Part shown: positions 1 to 9,499 of the stretch, piece by piece | Layout: each line of letters begins with the position of its first letter | Position numbering within the stretch: position 1 is the first letter of the stretch | IMG/VR virus record: IMGVR_UViG_3300045243_000060 | Span: 1-61,888 of that record | Reading direction: 5' to 3' (one strand) | DNA: 61,888 nt | From: a virus | Taxonomy: Duplodnaviria > Caudoviricetes | Notes under the pieces: model-generated | Databases searched by the model: none | Seen by the model: only the letters and a program-made list of their open reading frames with translations | Told to the model about the DNA's origin: nothing | Made by a program: the position numbers and the translations under genes

Positions 1-396
1 GCCGCCGAGTGCGCCGTGGAGCGGTGGCAGGACGCGCTCCATACGTTGCTCGTGCCGCAATGGCGCGCGTTCGCTGGCGCTCCGCCGCAACCTTGCCAGC
101 ACGACCGCGAGGGCATGCGCCGGGTCAGCAAGCTCGGCGCCGAGTTGGGCGTCAAGGTTCGGTACCACTGGTGCCACGCGGCGACCGGCGCGGAGGCGGA
201 CGGGTACATGACCCGCAACGACCAACTCGCGCTCAACTGCTCGCACCTCATCGCGTTCCCGGCCGGTCCGGACGAGGTACAGCGGAGCGGCGTTTGGGCG
301 ACCGTCCGGCGCGCAGCGCAGCGCCAGCGGCCCGTCAAGATCGTCCCGCTGGACGGTTCGGACGCGTACATCTACAGCCCGTCAGTGGGGCTGTGA
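1..396 (+). CDS. SLOG/DUF2493-like nucleotide-binding protein, 5' part outside the left edge
   Basis: Frame open from base 1; RNDQL...LIAFP...SGVWATVRRA resembles the RN..m / liAF / S.GT..t...A C-terminal motifs of SLOG proteins; N-terminus probably 61783..61888. Confidence 0.55.
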   Translation, partial: AAECAVERWQDALHTLLVPQWRAFAGAPPQPCQHDREGMRRVSKLGAELGVKVRYHWCHAATGAEADGYMTRNDQLALNCSHLIAFPAGPDEVQRSGVWATVRRAAQRQRPVKIVPLDGSDAYIYSPSVGL

Positions 397-551
397 TGGG
401 GCGCGTGAGCCTGACGACCGTGGACCGGCAGACGTTCTGCATCTACTGCCAGCAGGACTTCAAGCGGCCGTCCGACCTGGCGTGGCACATTCTCAAGAAG
501 CACCCTGGAACGTACGCAGCGCACCACGTCGTCCGGCGCGTAACGCGCTAG
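396..551 (+). CDS. Small C2H2 zinc-finger protein (51 aa)
   Basis: ATG overlaps upstream TGA; CIYCQQDFKRPSDLAWHILKKH fits C-x2-C-x3-F-x5-L-x2-H-x4-H. Confidence 0.65.
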   Translation: MGRVSLTTVDRQTFCIYCQQDFKRPSDLAWHILKKHPGTYAAHHVVRRVTR

Positions 552-586
552 CGCACCCACCGGCGGAAGGTGCCAAAACCGCCAAG

Positions 587-615
587 CATCCGTCCGCCGG
601 ATGGCCTATAGTTCC
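587..615 (+). promoter_or_regulatory. Conserved phage promoter-like element
   Basis: catccgtccgccggatggcctatagttcc; related copies at 19392, 22171, 22890 and 60202, each intergenic and upstream of an RBS; TATAGT -10-like box. Confidence 0.6.
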
Positions 616-657
616 TAGTTGATGTTGGCTACTCAATCAACAAAGGAGTCGGATCAG

Positions 658-2670
658 ATGAGCGCAGCGAAGAACAGCACCCACCCCGTCGTCGCAGAGC
701 TTTCCCGCGACGGCGACCGGATCAACGTGACGTTCGATTACAGCCCGCAGCGGGTCAAGCTCGCCAAGCGGGTCAGCGGCTACACGTTCGTGAACAAGGA
801 GAAGGCTCGCGCAGCGGGTCTGACCGACGCGTTCTGGCGCTACCCGCTAGACCTAGTAACCGGCCGTCGACTCCGCGAGGTATTCGGCGACGAGCTAGGG
901 ATCGGCCCCAAGCTCCGCGCGTGGGGCAACAAGGAAGTCACCAAGGAGCAGAAGCTCGCGACCCTCAGTGACGCGGACGACGCCGACCTGAGCAGCGACG
1001 CGCTCCGCAAGCTCGTCAAGGGCACCAAGAACGAGAACGGCGACCCGTTCAAGCTCCGCCCCTATCAGAAGGCGGACATCAGGTTCGCCAGCGAGGGCAA
1101 GGCGGTCATCATCGCCAATCAGCCCCGGACGGGTAAGACCATCACGGCCATCGGCACGGTCATCGAGTCCGGTCTGGAGTACGGCTGGCACCTGGTGTTC
1201 GCGCCGGTCGCTAGCCTCCGGACCGTCTGGGAGGCTGGCATCAAGGACGCGTACCGGATGGCCGGTCTGGAAGAGCCGGTCGTGCTGACGGGCGACACGC
1301 CGAACGAGCGCAAGAAGGCGATCCAGAGGGCAGCCGAGATGGCTGACGCTGGCGAGTCGTTCTACCTCGTTCTGAACCCTTACCACGCGCGGCTCAAGCG
1401 AGTCAGCCACGGCAAGGGCGACCAGATCACGTTCACCCAGGAGCCGGTCAGCCCTGAGCTGATGGAGATCGACTGGGACAGCATGATCATTGACGAGTAC
1501 CACCTCATGGGCCTGTCGAATCCGATCACGCTCGGCGCGAAGGGTGTGAACGAGATCGCGACGACGACACAGCCTGAGCTAAGGCTCGCGCTGTCCGGTA
1601 CGCCCATGGGTGGCAAGCCCATCAAGCTCTGGGGCGCGCTGCACTTCCTCAACCCGGAGGAGTTCACGAGTCGCTGGAATTGGGCCAAGCACTGGCTGGT
1701 CGTCAAGTCGGAGTCGCATCCGGGCGGCAGCCACTCGGTCATCGAGGGCATCATGCCCGGCCGTGAGGTGGACTTCTACGATCACCTGAAGCCCTACCTC
1801 GTTCGACGGACTCAGCGCGAGGCGCTGCCGGGTCTGCCTGAGATGCCGAGGGTCAACGTCTGGTGCGACATGACGCCGCGTCAGTCGGATCAGTACCAGA
1901 CCTTCCTCACCGAGGCGGAGTGGCGGATGGACGACGCCGAGGAAGCCGGTCGCTTGACCGCGACGAACGTACTCGCGGAGTACACCCGCCTCAAGCAGTT
2001 CGCGGACGGGTTCTGCGAAGTCCACAAGACGGGCAAGGTGCTCGAGAACGGTCTGGACCAGCTGCGGGTCAGCCAGACGCCGGACAGCGGCAAGCTCATC
2101 CAGCTGGTCGAGAAGCTCCGCGAGGAGAACGTCATCACCGAGTCCGACGACGACGACGAGCCACGCTGCGCGCTGATCGCCAGCCAGTTCAACGACATGG
2201 TGAAGATGGTCGCCGGTGAACTGACCCGGATGGGCGTTCCGAACGCGATCATCGGGAAGTACGGCGCGAAGGGCGCGGAGCGCGACGCGCTGGTGAAGGC
2301 GTTCCAGGAGCAGACCGAGGGTGCGCCTCGCGTTCTGCTGATGAACACCCTGGCCGGTACCGCGTTGACCCTGGACCGGGCTAGCAGCGTCCACATGCTG
2401 GACGAGACCTGGGTGCCCGACAATCAGGAGCAGATGGAGAACCGGGCGACCGCTACCACGCAGGAAGCGATTGACCGGGGCTGCGGCGTCTACTACTACC
2501 GGACCCGCAACACCGTCGAGTCGGCCATCCAGAAGAAGGTCGCTGGTAAGGCGATGAACAATCACACCATCCTGGACCTGCGACGCGAGATGAAGCGTCA
2601 AGCGGAGCAGGAAGAGCGTCGGCTGGCGGGCGAGCGCGCCGACGACGGCAAGGCGATGCTGGCAGAGTAG
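658..2670 (+). CDS. SNF2/SF2 DNA helicase
   Basis: LRPYQ, NQPRTGKT (motif I), IIDEYH (II), LSGTP (III), C-terminal helicase domain; RBS aaggag upstream. Confidence 0.85.
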   Translation: MSAAKNSTHPVVAELSRDGDRINVTFDYSPQRVKLAKRVSGYTFVNKEKARAAGLTDAFWRYPLDLVTGRRLREVFGDELGIGPKLRAWGNKEVTKEQKLATLSDADDADLSSDALRKLVKGTKNENGDPFKLRPYQKADIRFASEGKAVIIANQPRTGKTITAIGTVIESGLEYGWHLVFAPVASLRTVWEAGIKDAYRMAGLEEPVVLTGDTPNERKKAIQRAAEMADAGESFYLVLNPYHARLKRVSHGKGDQITFTQEPVSPELMEIDWDSMIIDEYHLMGLSNPITLGAKGVNEIATTTQPELRLALSGTPMGGKPIKLWGALHFLNPEEFTSRWNWAKHWLVVKSESHPGGSHSVIEGIMPGREVDFYDHLKPYLVRRTQREALPGLPEMPRVNVWCDMTPRQSDQYQTFLTEAEWRMDDAEEAGRLTATNVLAEYTRLKQFADGFCEVHKTGKVLENGLDQLRVSQTPDSGKLIQLVEKLREENVITESDDDDEPRCALIASQFNDMVKMVAGELTRMGVPNAIIGKYGAKGAERDALVKAFQEQTEGAPRVLLMNTLAGTALTLDRASSVHMLDETWVPDNQEQMENRATATTQEAIDRGCGVYYYRTRNTVESAIQKKVAGKAMNNHTILDLRREMKRQAEQEERRLAGERADDGKAMLAE

Positions 2671-2694
2671 CCAACCTAGTCAGCATCGGAGCGC

Positions 2695-2720
2695 AGCGGC
2701 CCGCTACGGCGGGCCGTTTG
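2695..2720 (+). terminator. Intrinsic terminator-like hairpin
   Basis: gcggcccgc-tacg-gcgggccgt followed by tt, just after the helicase stop. Confidence 0.6.
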
Positions 2721-2778
2721 CGTTCCAGGGTAGCTACCCACGCGACCTTCTCACAGCCCACTAGACGGGCGGAGGTAG

Positions 2779-2965
2779 CACCTGGTGCCCTCCGAGTCGT
2801 TCACAGCAGCGGAGCTTAAGCGGTTGGGCTCTGAGTAGCCAGCCCTCTGTCCCTCCAGATCGGACGCCGATGCGCGACACGGCGCTCCGACCCGGACAGC
2901 CGGACCTGCGACTGCCCTCCATGCGTCGAGGTTCGGACCGCTCACCTGGTGCCGCCGAGTCGTTC
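2779..2965 (+). ncRNA. Candidate structured non-coding RNA or leader bounded by direct repeats
   Basis: Intergenic; several nested stems; flanked by cacctggtgcc(ct/g)ccgagtcgttc at 2779 and 2943; three ccctcc motifs. Confidence 0.35.
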
Positions 2966-3012
2966 GCTATAGTCCACGACCCCATCGGCTACGATCTCGC
3001 AGGAGGGCGAAG

Positions 3013-4197
3013 GTGACACCGGCTACTCGGACCCGTCGCAAGGGCGCGACGAAGAAGCGGACAGCGACAACGCAGCGCGAGCGCAAGGGCAAGCCCAAGG
3101 CGTCGGCGCAGGTCGCTCAGGTCCGCACCAGCGAGCGCGCGAGTTGGAACGCTTGCCGCCAGCAGTGGGAGTGGGGGTGGGTCAAACACCTCAAGCCTCG
3201 CGAGACCAAGCCCGCGCTCCGGTTCGGCTCGCTGATCCACGAGGCTCTCGAGATGCGGTACCCGCCGGGCATCAAGCGTGGGCCGCTACCGGCGGAGTCG
3301 TTCGAGAAGCTGTACATCGAAGACCTGGCAGAGGCGGAGCAGACCTGGGGCTTCAGGGCGGACGACCAATGGGAGGACGCGCTTGACGTCGGCGTGGACA
3401 TGATGGAGCGGTACATCGACGAGTACGGCAAGGACGAGGACTGGAAGGTGATCGCCAGCGAGATGACATTCCAGGTGCCGGTGTTCGCGGTCGAGGCGGA
3501 GCCAGGGCTATGGGTTCCGGCGCAGCACGACACGGAGGGCGCCAAGCACCTGTTTGACTACGTCGGAACGATGGACGGCGTTTGGGAGAACCGGATGGAC
3601 GGCGGCATCCGGGTGAACGACTACAAGACTTGCAGCGGCGACCCGGTGAAGGAAGCAGCGTCCAAGTTCACGCTGGACGAGCAGACGACCGCCTACTGGA
3701 CCTGGGGTGTGGAGTGGCTTGAGGCGACGCGGATTCTCAGCCGCCAGCAGATGCAGAAGCTTGACGGGATGTTGTTCACGTTCATGCGCAAGGCGAAGTC
3801 GGACCCGCGACCGCAGGACGCGTTCGGCCGCTACCTCAACAAGCCAACGAAAGCTCAGGAGGAAGCGGGCGAACCCGGCGATGTCAGCAAGAGCCAGCCG
3901 CCACCGTACTTCCATCGTGAGGTGATGTACCGTTCCGACGCGGACCGGAGCAAAGCGCGCCAGCGGGCCATCCGCCAGTTCATCGAGATGGACGCCGCCA
4001 AGCGCCATCCGGAGCGGCTGGTGTACAAGCAGCCCGGTACCGGCTTCCCCCGGCAGGTCTGCGTGGGCTGTGAGTTTCGCGACATGTGCGAGCTACACGA
4101 GATTGACGCCGACTGGGAGAGCCAGCGCGACGCGACGATGACGACCTGGGACCCGTACGACGCCCACGAGGTAGAGCAGGAAGGGAAGTCCAAGTGA
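3013..4197 (+). CDS. PD-(D/E)XK (RecB/Cas4-like) exonuclease
   Basis: SERASWNACRQQW, FGSLIHEALE, GTMDG...VNDYKT, C-terminal CVGCEFRDMC cluster. Confidence 0.8.
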   Translation: MTPATRTRRKGATKKRTATTQRERKGKPKASAQVAQVRTSERASWNACRQQWEWGWVKHLKPRETKPALRFGSLIHEALEMRYPPGIKRGPLPAESFEKLYIEDLAEAEQTWGFRADDQWEDALDVGVDMMERYIDEYGKDEDWKVIASEMTFQVPVFAVEAEPGLWVPAQHDTEGAKHLFDYVGTMDGVWENRMDGGIRVNDYKTCSGDPVKEAASKFTLDEQTTAYWTWGVEWLEATRILSRQQMQKLDGMLFTFMRKAKSDPRPQDAFGRYLNKPTKAQEEAGEPGDVSKSQPPPYFHREVMYRSDADRSKARQRAIRQFIEMDAAKRHPERLVYKQPGTGFPRQVCVGCEFRDMCELHEIDADWESQRDATMTTWDPYDAHEVEQEGKSK

Positions 4198-4490
4198 GCG
4201 GCGAAGCTACTACTAACTTGAGCAGCGGTCGGACGCTGCCGGTACACGAGAGGACAGATACAGTGATTGACCAACGGACAGCATTGGTGTTGGGGTGGCT
4301 CCGCCCGGAGCGCGAGCTACCAACCGCGACGATTGAGGCGGCATTCGCGCAGTCGCGCAGCCTCAGCCGGTCGCGCAGGTACATCAGTCGCCACGAGCGC
4401 GCGGCGACGCTTCAAACCTTTGGCATGATAGCTTGCTGCCTCGCGGTGCTAGCTATCTCGCTGACGTTCGCGCTAGCTGGCGTCCACTAG
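4194..4490 (+). CDS. Hypothetical membrane protein
   Basis: Fills the gap between coupled genes; C-terminal hydrophobic helix. Confidence 0.4.
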   Translation: MSGEATTNLSSGRTLPVHERTDTVIDQRTALVLGWLRPERELPTATIEAAFAQSRSLSRSRRYISRHERAATLQTFGMIACCLAVLAISLTFALAGVH

Positions 4491-4491
4491 A

Positions 4492-5283
4492 GTGGCTAGC
4501 GCAACACCGCCCGCAAGCCTCCGCCCGGTCGGAGGAGAGGGGAAGCTGCGGCTTCTCGTGTTCGGCGTCGCTGGCGCCGGCAAGACGCGGCTAGCAGGCA
4601 CCGGGGCCAACTCGCTCATCATCCACCCGCCGACGGACAGCACGGCGAGCATCCACGAGTCCGACAACGTAGACGAGTTGGTCGTGGAGCACCACGTTGA
4701 TATGGCGGACGCGTTCGCGTACTGCCAGCAGGGTGGCGCCGACGAGTACGACTGGGTATGGCTGGACGGCATCACGCTCTGGGAGGACCACGGTCTGGAC
4801 GACGTGTTCCAGCAGGTCGTGGACCTGAAGCCTCAGCGCGAGGCGCACGGCCCGGACAAGGGCGAGTACGGCGTCAATCGGCGCCGCATCATGAAGTGGA
4901 TCAGGGACATGGTCGGGCTGGCGCAAGCTGGTCACTTCAACCTTGGAGTGACGGCGCTGCCCTGGAACGTCTATGACCCGGTCCGCGAGGACGACATCTG
5001 GATGCCGTCAGTCGGACCGCGCGACGGTAGCCTGAGCCACAAGCTCTGCGGCTACATGAACGTGGTCGCGTATCTCCGCATCGTGGAGCGCGACGACAAG
5101 CCCGCGACCCGCAAGCTGTACACGCAGGCACCGGGCTTCTACGGCAAGGATCAGATCAGTCCGGACGGCGAGTCGCTGAACGGGCTACCGGACCCAACGA
5201 TGACTAGCATCACGGCAGCATTGAACGGCGGCACCCAGACGGGTCGTCGCCGGACCAAACGACCGGCGCGCAAGCGTCGATAG
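4492..5283 (+). CDS. AAA_24/Sak4-like ATPase (recombination)
   Basis: Walker A GVAGAGKT, Walker B WVWLDG; lies between nuclease and SSB. Confidence 0.75.
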   Translation: MASATPPASLRPVGGEGKLRLLVFGVAGAGKTRLAGTGANSLIIHPPTDSTASIHESDNVDELVVEHHVDMADAFAYCQQGGADEYDWVWLDGITLWEDHGLDDVFQQVVDLKPQREAHGPDKGEYGVNRRRIMKWIRDMVGLAQAGHFNLGVTALPWNVYDPVREDDIWMPSVGPRDGSLSHKLCGYMNVVAYLRIVERDDKPATRKLYTQAPGFYGKDQISPDGESLNGLPDPTMTSITAALNGGTQTGRRRTKRPARKRR

Positions 5284-5302
5284 ATAAGGAGGCCACCACA
5301 AG

Positions 5303-6094
5303 GTGACCAAGCTCAGCTATGACATGACCGATGTCGAGGACAGCGGAGGCGACTTCACGCCGCTGCCGGTCGGCGTGTACAACTGCACCATCGACAGCCT
5401 GGAGCTAACCGAGTCGCAGGCTGGCAACGAGATGATCAAGGTGACCTACAAGGTCAAGGACGGCGAGCACGCCGGTCGCCTGATCTGGGACAACGTCGTC
5501 TTGTCCGTGGACTGGAAGTACCTCCAGTTCCTCAAGGCGGTCGGCGTCGTCACCCCGAACGGCAAGAAGCGCAAGGGCGAGTTCACCCTGGAGAGCTTCC
5601 AGGGCGACAAGGTCCAGGTCCGCGTCAAGCACGAGGCGGACAACCGCCCGGAGCAGAAGCAGGCGGACGGTACCTTCCCGCAGCGCCACCGCGTCCAGTC
5701 GGTGAACCCGATGCCCGACGACATCGACGACGATGACGACGAGCCAGACGCGACAGCGGACGACGGCGGCGACGAGGTATGGTCGTGGGCCGATCTGGAG
5801 GACGCGACGCTGGACGAGCTAACGGAGATCAACGAGGACGAGGAGTTGGGCGTCCGGATCACCAGCAAGTCCAAGGTCGAGACCGTCCGTGGCAAGGTCG
5901 CGGAGGCGTTGGGCGTCCTGGAGACGGAGACGGACGACGACGATGACGACGACGACGACGGGTACGACGACATGGACAAGGCGGCTCTGAAGGCAGAGGC
6001 CAAGGAGCGCAGCCTGTCCACGGCCGGTTCGGAGCGGACGCTCATCAGGCGTCTGCGGAAGGACGACGAGGGCGACGGTGGCGAACCTTTCTGA
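5303..6094 (+). CDS. DUF669-like ssDNA-binding protein with acidic linker and SAP-like tail
   Basis: FTPLPVGVYNCTI...SQAGNEMIKVTYKV...GRLIWD; acidic tracts; ends EPF. Confidence 0.7.
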   Translation: MTKLSYDMTDVEDSGGDFTPLPVGVYNCTIDSLELTESQAGNEMIKVTYKVKDGEHAGRLIWDNVVLSVDWKYLQFLKAVGVVTPNGKKRKGEFTLESFQGDKVQVRVKHEADNRPEQKQADGTFPQRHRVQSVNPMPDDIDDDDDEPDATADDGGDEVWSWADLEDATLDELTEINEDEELGVRITSKSKVETVRGKVAEALGVLETETDDDDDDDDDGYDDMDKAALKAEAKERSLSTAGSERTLIRRLRKDDEGDGGEPF

Positions 6095-6347
6095 GCCATC
6101 GTCCTTCCGGACGCGCAACATGCTGCTAGCGACGTACCTCAGGCAACTGGGGTACGCCGCGCAGCTTGCGCGCGACGGCGACAACACGACGGGTGCCCCG
6201 GTCGGCGCTTGGGTGTTTGAGTCGTCACCGGAGCTTCTCGAGCAGGTGAAGGTGTTCCAGAAGGACGACGCGCGAGTTGAGCCAAGGTCGTTCTATCGGC
6301 TCGCCAAAGAGGTCCGGACCGGCATGCTCAAGTACCTGGGGTTATGA
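6078..6347 (+). CDS. Small hypothetical protein (DUF5659-like)
   Basis: FRTRNMLLATYL...WVFE...VEPRSFY pattern; coupled to primase. Confidence 0.45.
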   Translation: MANLSEPSSFRTRNMLLATYLRQLGYAAQLARDGDNTTGAPVGAWVFESSPELLEQVKVFQKDDARVEPRSFYRLAKEVRTGMLKYLGL

Positions 6348-7307
6348 ATGAATCATCCGGCAGCAACCGATGAGCAACTGGACGCGCTGGCGCCGTATGC
6401 CGGCGTGCCGGGCTCAGCGGAGATGAGGGCTATCGCGGAGCGTACGGGTGGCGAGATTGACCTGTACTGTCCGGTCCATCCGGACACCCGGCGCTCCGCG
6501 CAACTCAACCCCGCCAAGGGCGCGTTCTACTGCCACGCCGAGGGCAAGGGCCACTCGGTCCGCGTCCTCATTGAGCGACGTGACGAGTGGATCCCCGCGA
6601 CCGGCCGGGTGAAGCGGGTCCGGGTCAGCGACTTCAAGCCTCATAACGGCCACGACCCGCGCGCAGCACTCAGCCCGGACGACTGCGCCCGCTGGCATCG
6701 CGGGCTGTTGATGAATGAGGAGGCGCTGGACTGGCTCTGGTCGGAGCGCGGCATTGGCCTTCTCACAGCCAAGCGCGCGGGGCTAGGGCTGGACGGGCGG
6801 ATGCTCAAGATCCCGGTGTACGACCCGGACCGGAGCTTGGCGAACATCCGGACGTACGACCCGTCGCCACGAGCGGACCGGCGGAAGATTTGGAGCGTGA
6901 AGGGCTGCGGGTCGCCGCCACAGCTATACCCGGTCGGGGTATTGACCAGGCTGACGCGACCCGGCGCCAGCATCTTGTTCTGCGAGGGCGAGTGGGACGC
7001 GCTGTTAGCCCTACAGTCAGGTGTCATGGCTGTGACCAGGACGGCAGCCGCTCGGTCGCTCTGGCGCGAGGCGTGGAGTGACCTGTTCGTCGGGCGCCAT
7101 GTCTACGTCTGCCACGACGCGGACACACCGGGGCAGATGGGCAACGAGATCGTCGCCGAGTCGTTGCGAAGCTCAGCGGCCAGCGTCCACTACTGCCGGT
7201 TGCCCTACCCGGTACAGCCCAAGCACGGTAAGGACGTCAGCGACTTGATAATGGATCACGGGCCGATGGCCCTAGCTAGCGTCATGATTGACGCGGAGAG
7301 GATGTAA
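6348..7307 (+). CDS. DNA primase (zinc-binding + TOPRIM)
   Basis: CPVHPD...FYCH zinc motif; FCEGEWDAL, CHDADTPG, KDVSD. Confidence 0.85.
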   Translation: MNHPAATDEQLDALAPYAGVPGSAEMRAIAERTGGEIDLYCPVHPDTRRSAQLNPAKGAFYCHAEGKGHSVRVLIERRDEWIPATGRVKRVRVSDFKPHNGHDPRAALSPDDCARWHRGLLMNEEALDWLWSERGIGLLTAKRAGLGLDGRMLKIPVYDPDRSLANIRTYDPSPRADRRKIWSVKGCGSPPQLYPVGVLTRLTRPGASILFCEGEWDALLALQSGVMAVTRTAAARSLWREAWSDLFVGRHVYVCHDADTPGQMGNEIVAESLRSSAASVHYCRLPYPVQPKHGKDVSDLIMDHGPMALASVMIDAERM

Positions 7308-7310
7308 ACA

Positions 7311-7526
7311 TTGGATGTACAGGTCAGCATACATGTAAGATCGGCCGCCGCCAACCGGAGCGCCATCGTCAGCGCGGGGCCAACTAAGGAAGTTGACGTG
7401 AACGTCGAGATCGGCAATGAGCACACGGACTCATATGCGGCTGGACGAGTCAAGGAGATCACGCAAGCGGCGACGGACTGCGCCAGCAAGATCGAGTTCA
7501 TGCTCAGAGAGGAGACGAGCCAATGA
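7311..7526 (+). CDS. Hypothetical protein
   Basis: RBS ggagagg upstream; overlaps the next start. Confidence 0.4.
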   Translation: MDVQVSIHVRSAAANRSAIVSAGPTKEVDVNVEIGNEHTDSYAAGRVKEITQAATDCASKIEFMLREETSQ

Positions 7527-8341
7527 GGGTAGCGGTACTAGGATGCGGGCCAAGCGGATTGCTTGCGGCCCACGCAGCGGAGGAGTGGGGCCATGACGTC
7601 GTCGTCTACTCCAGGCGCCAGCGGAGCGACATCCATGGCGCCCAGTACATCCATGAGTCGATCCCAAGGCTCTGCGAGGAGGCGGACGCGCAGCCGGTCA
7701 GCTACGGCAAGATCGGCGAGGCATCGGGCTACGCAGCGAAGGTGTACTTGGACCCAGAGCATCCGACGAGTTGGGACAAGTTCCCGGTCGGCGTCGTGCC
7801 GGCGTGGCCGATGACCGGGGTGTACGCAACCCTTTGGTCGCGGTGGGAGTCGAGGATCGTCCCGACCGTCATCACGCCGGACTGGATCAGGAACGTGATG
7901 CTGTCGGACGGCGGCCGACTGGCGCCGGACGTGATGTTCAACTCGCTGCCGCGTAACCTGCTGTGCGAGCAGACCGTCGCCGGACCGGACGAGTTGGCCC
8001 ACCAGTTCCAGTCGGCGCCGGTCGTGTTTGAGCCAGACGCGAAGCTCGGCGGCGAGAACTACATCCTGTACAACGGCAAGACGGACGACGACTGGTACAG
8101 GACAAGCCGGTTGTTCGGCCACTCGTGGACGGAATACAGCGCGAGTCTGTTCGTCGGCGAGGCGCTGCGACCCGGATGGCTGGTCGGCATCAAGCCCACG
8201 CACACGGACTGCGACTGCCTCAACGACGAGCGGATGATCCGCATCGGCCGGTTCGGTCGGTGGGAGAAGGCGACGCTGGTGACGGACGCGTACCGCCAGG
8301 CTGTCGCTCGCTTTGAGCGCGAGAAGGTGTTGGCTCGATGA
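7523..8341 (+). CDS. FAD/NAD-dependent oxidoreductase (UDP-galactopyranose mutase-like fold)
   Basis: Rossmann VAVLGCGPSGLLAA, GAQYIH, C-terminal IGRFGRW. Confidence 0.7.
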   Translation: MRVAVLGCGPSGLLAAHAAEEWGHDVVVYSRRQRSDIHGAQYIHESIPRLCEEADAQPVSYGKIGEASGYAAKVYLDPEHPTSWDKFPVGVVPAWPMTGVYATLWSRWESRIVPTVITPDWIRNVMLSDGGRLAPDVMFNSLPRNLLCEQTVAGPDELAHQFQSAPVVFEPDAKLGGENYILYNGKTDDDWYRTSRLFGHSWTEYSASLFVGEALRPGWLVGIKPTHTDCDCLNDERMIRIGRFGRWEKATLVTDAYRQAVARFEREKVLAR

Positions 8342-8646
8342 CTGTCATTTGGAAGTACCCGTTGGACATCCAGTATCAGCAAGGTGTTGCCATGCCACGC
8401 GGCGCGAAGATCCTGCGCACCGGCCTGATGCAGTACGACGACGACACCGGCACGCCGCTGATCTCCATCTGGGCGATGGTCGAGCCAAACGTGGAAAGGG
8501 TCAACCGCCGAATCTACATCCGTGGCACGGGCGGTGAACTGCCGTTGGAGTTGAACGGCGAGACCCAGTTCCATATCGCGACCGTGCCGATGGTCGTCAG
8601 CGGGCGAACGCTGATCTGGCATGTATTCGACGGAGGTGAACGATGA
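8338..8646 (+). CDS. Conserved phage hypothetical protein
   Basis: IWKYPL...MPRGAKIL...GTG...WHVF pattern common in phages; ATGA coupling. Confidence 0.6.
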   Translation: MTVIWKYPLDIQYQQGVAMPRGAKILRTGLMQYDDDTGTPLISIWAMVEPNVERVNRRIYIRGTGGELPLELNGETQFHIATVPMVVSGRTLIWHVFDGGER

Positions 8647-8825
8647 AGGCGACTGATATCGCAGACACGCTGGACGACATCGCCGAGATGATCCGGCAGA
8701 AAGGGCGCGCGAATCCGAACCTGTTTGTGTCGGCGACGATCCAACTCAACGAGGAGAGTCGGCTCGCGGTCCGGACGACGACGACCAAGAACGTCTGGCA
8801 TATGCAGTCGGGGATGGAACGATGA
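8643..8825 (+). CDS. Hypothetical protein
   Basis: ATGA-coupled on both sides. Confidence 0.5.
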   Translation: MKATDIADTLDDIAEMIRQKGRANPNLFVSATIQLNEESRLAVRTTTTKNVWHMQSGMER

Positions 8826-9499
8826 GGTGCTCGGAGTGCAGCCGCGAGATCAAGCCGGTCGTCGCCATCGACATCGACGGTACGCTCGGCGACTTCCATA
8901 GCTATTTCCTCGCGTTCTCGCAGGCGTACATCGGCCAGCGGTTCGTCTTTGACTATGACGGGTCTGAGTCGTTCCGCGACTGGTGGTGCGAGGCGACGGG
9001 GTGCAGCGAGGAGGACTGGCGTGATGTCAAGCTCGCGTACCGCCAGGGCGGCATGAAGCGTTCGATGCCGATATACGACGACGCGGCGAAGCTCTGCCAC
9101 ACCGTCCAATGGGCTGGCGCGGAGCTTTGGCTCACCACCACCCGGCCGTACCTCCGGTTGGACAACATCGACCCGGATACACGCGCCTGGCTCAGCCGGT
9201 ACGGCATCCGATACGACGGGCTGTTGTACGATGAGTGGAAGTATGCGCGGTTGGCGAAGCTGATCGACCATGACCGTGTCGTCGCGGTGCTGGACGACCT
9301 GCCGGAGATGATGAGGCATGCAGCCGATCACTTTGGAACGACGGCGCCGATCTGGAGGCGGACGCAATGGAACGTCGGTGGTCAGTTGGTGAACACCATC
9401 GCGCGTACCAACGACCTATCGTCGGCGACGGCGATGATCCTGAACAGGCTACAGACATGGAAGGAACGACATGCCGAACAACACGCAGAGTCCGTCTGA
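8822..9499 (+). CDS. HAD-family phosphatase (5'-deoxyribonucleotidase-like)
   Basis: DIDGTL motif I, LTTTRP motif II, K, LDD motif IV. Confidence 0.75.
   Translation: MRCSECSREIKPVVAIDIDGTLGDFHSYFLAFSQAYIGQRFVFDYDGSESFRDWWCEATGCSEEDWRDVKLAYRQGGMKRSMPIYDDAAKLCHTVQWAGAELWLTTTRPYLRLDNIDPDTRAWLSRYGIRYDGLLYDEWKYARLAKLIDHDRVVAVLDDLPEMMRHAADHFGTTAPIWRRTQWNVGGQLVNTIARTNDLSSATAMILNRLQTWKERHAEQHAESV

Noticed and set aside
3013-4197. cas4 as evidence of a CRISPR-Cas system
   Set aside because: Sits with an AAA ATPase and SSB as a standard phage recombination module; no array or other cas genes
5716-5970. GAC/GAT trinucleotide runs as microsatellites
   Set aside because: They simply encode the Asp-rich linker of the SSB
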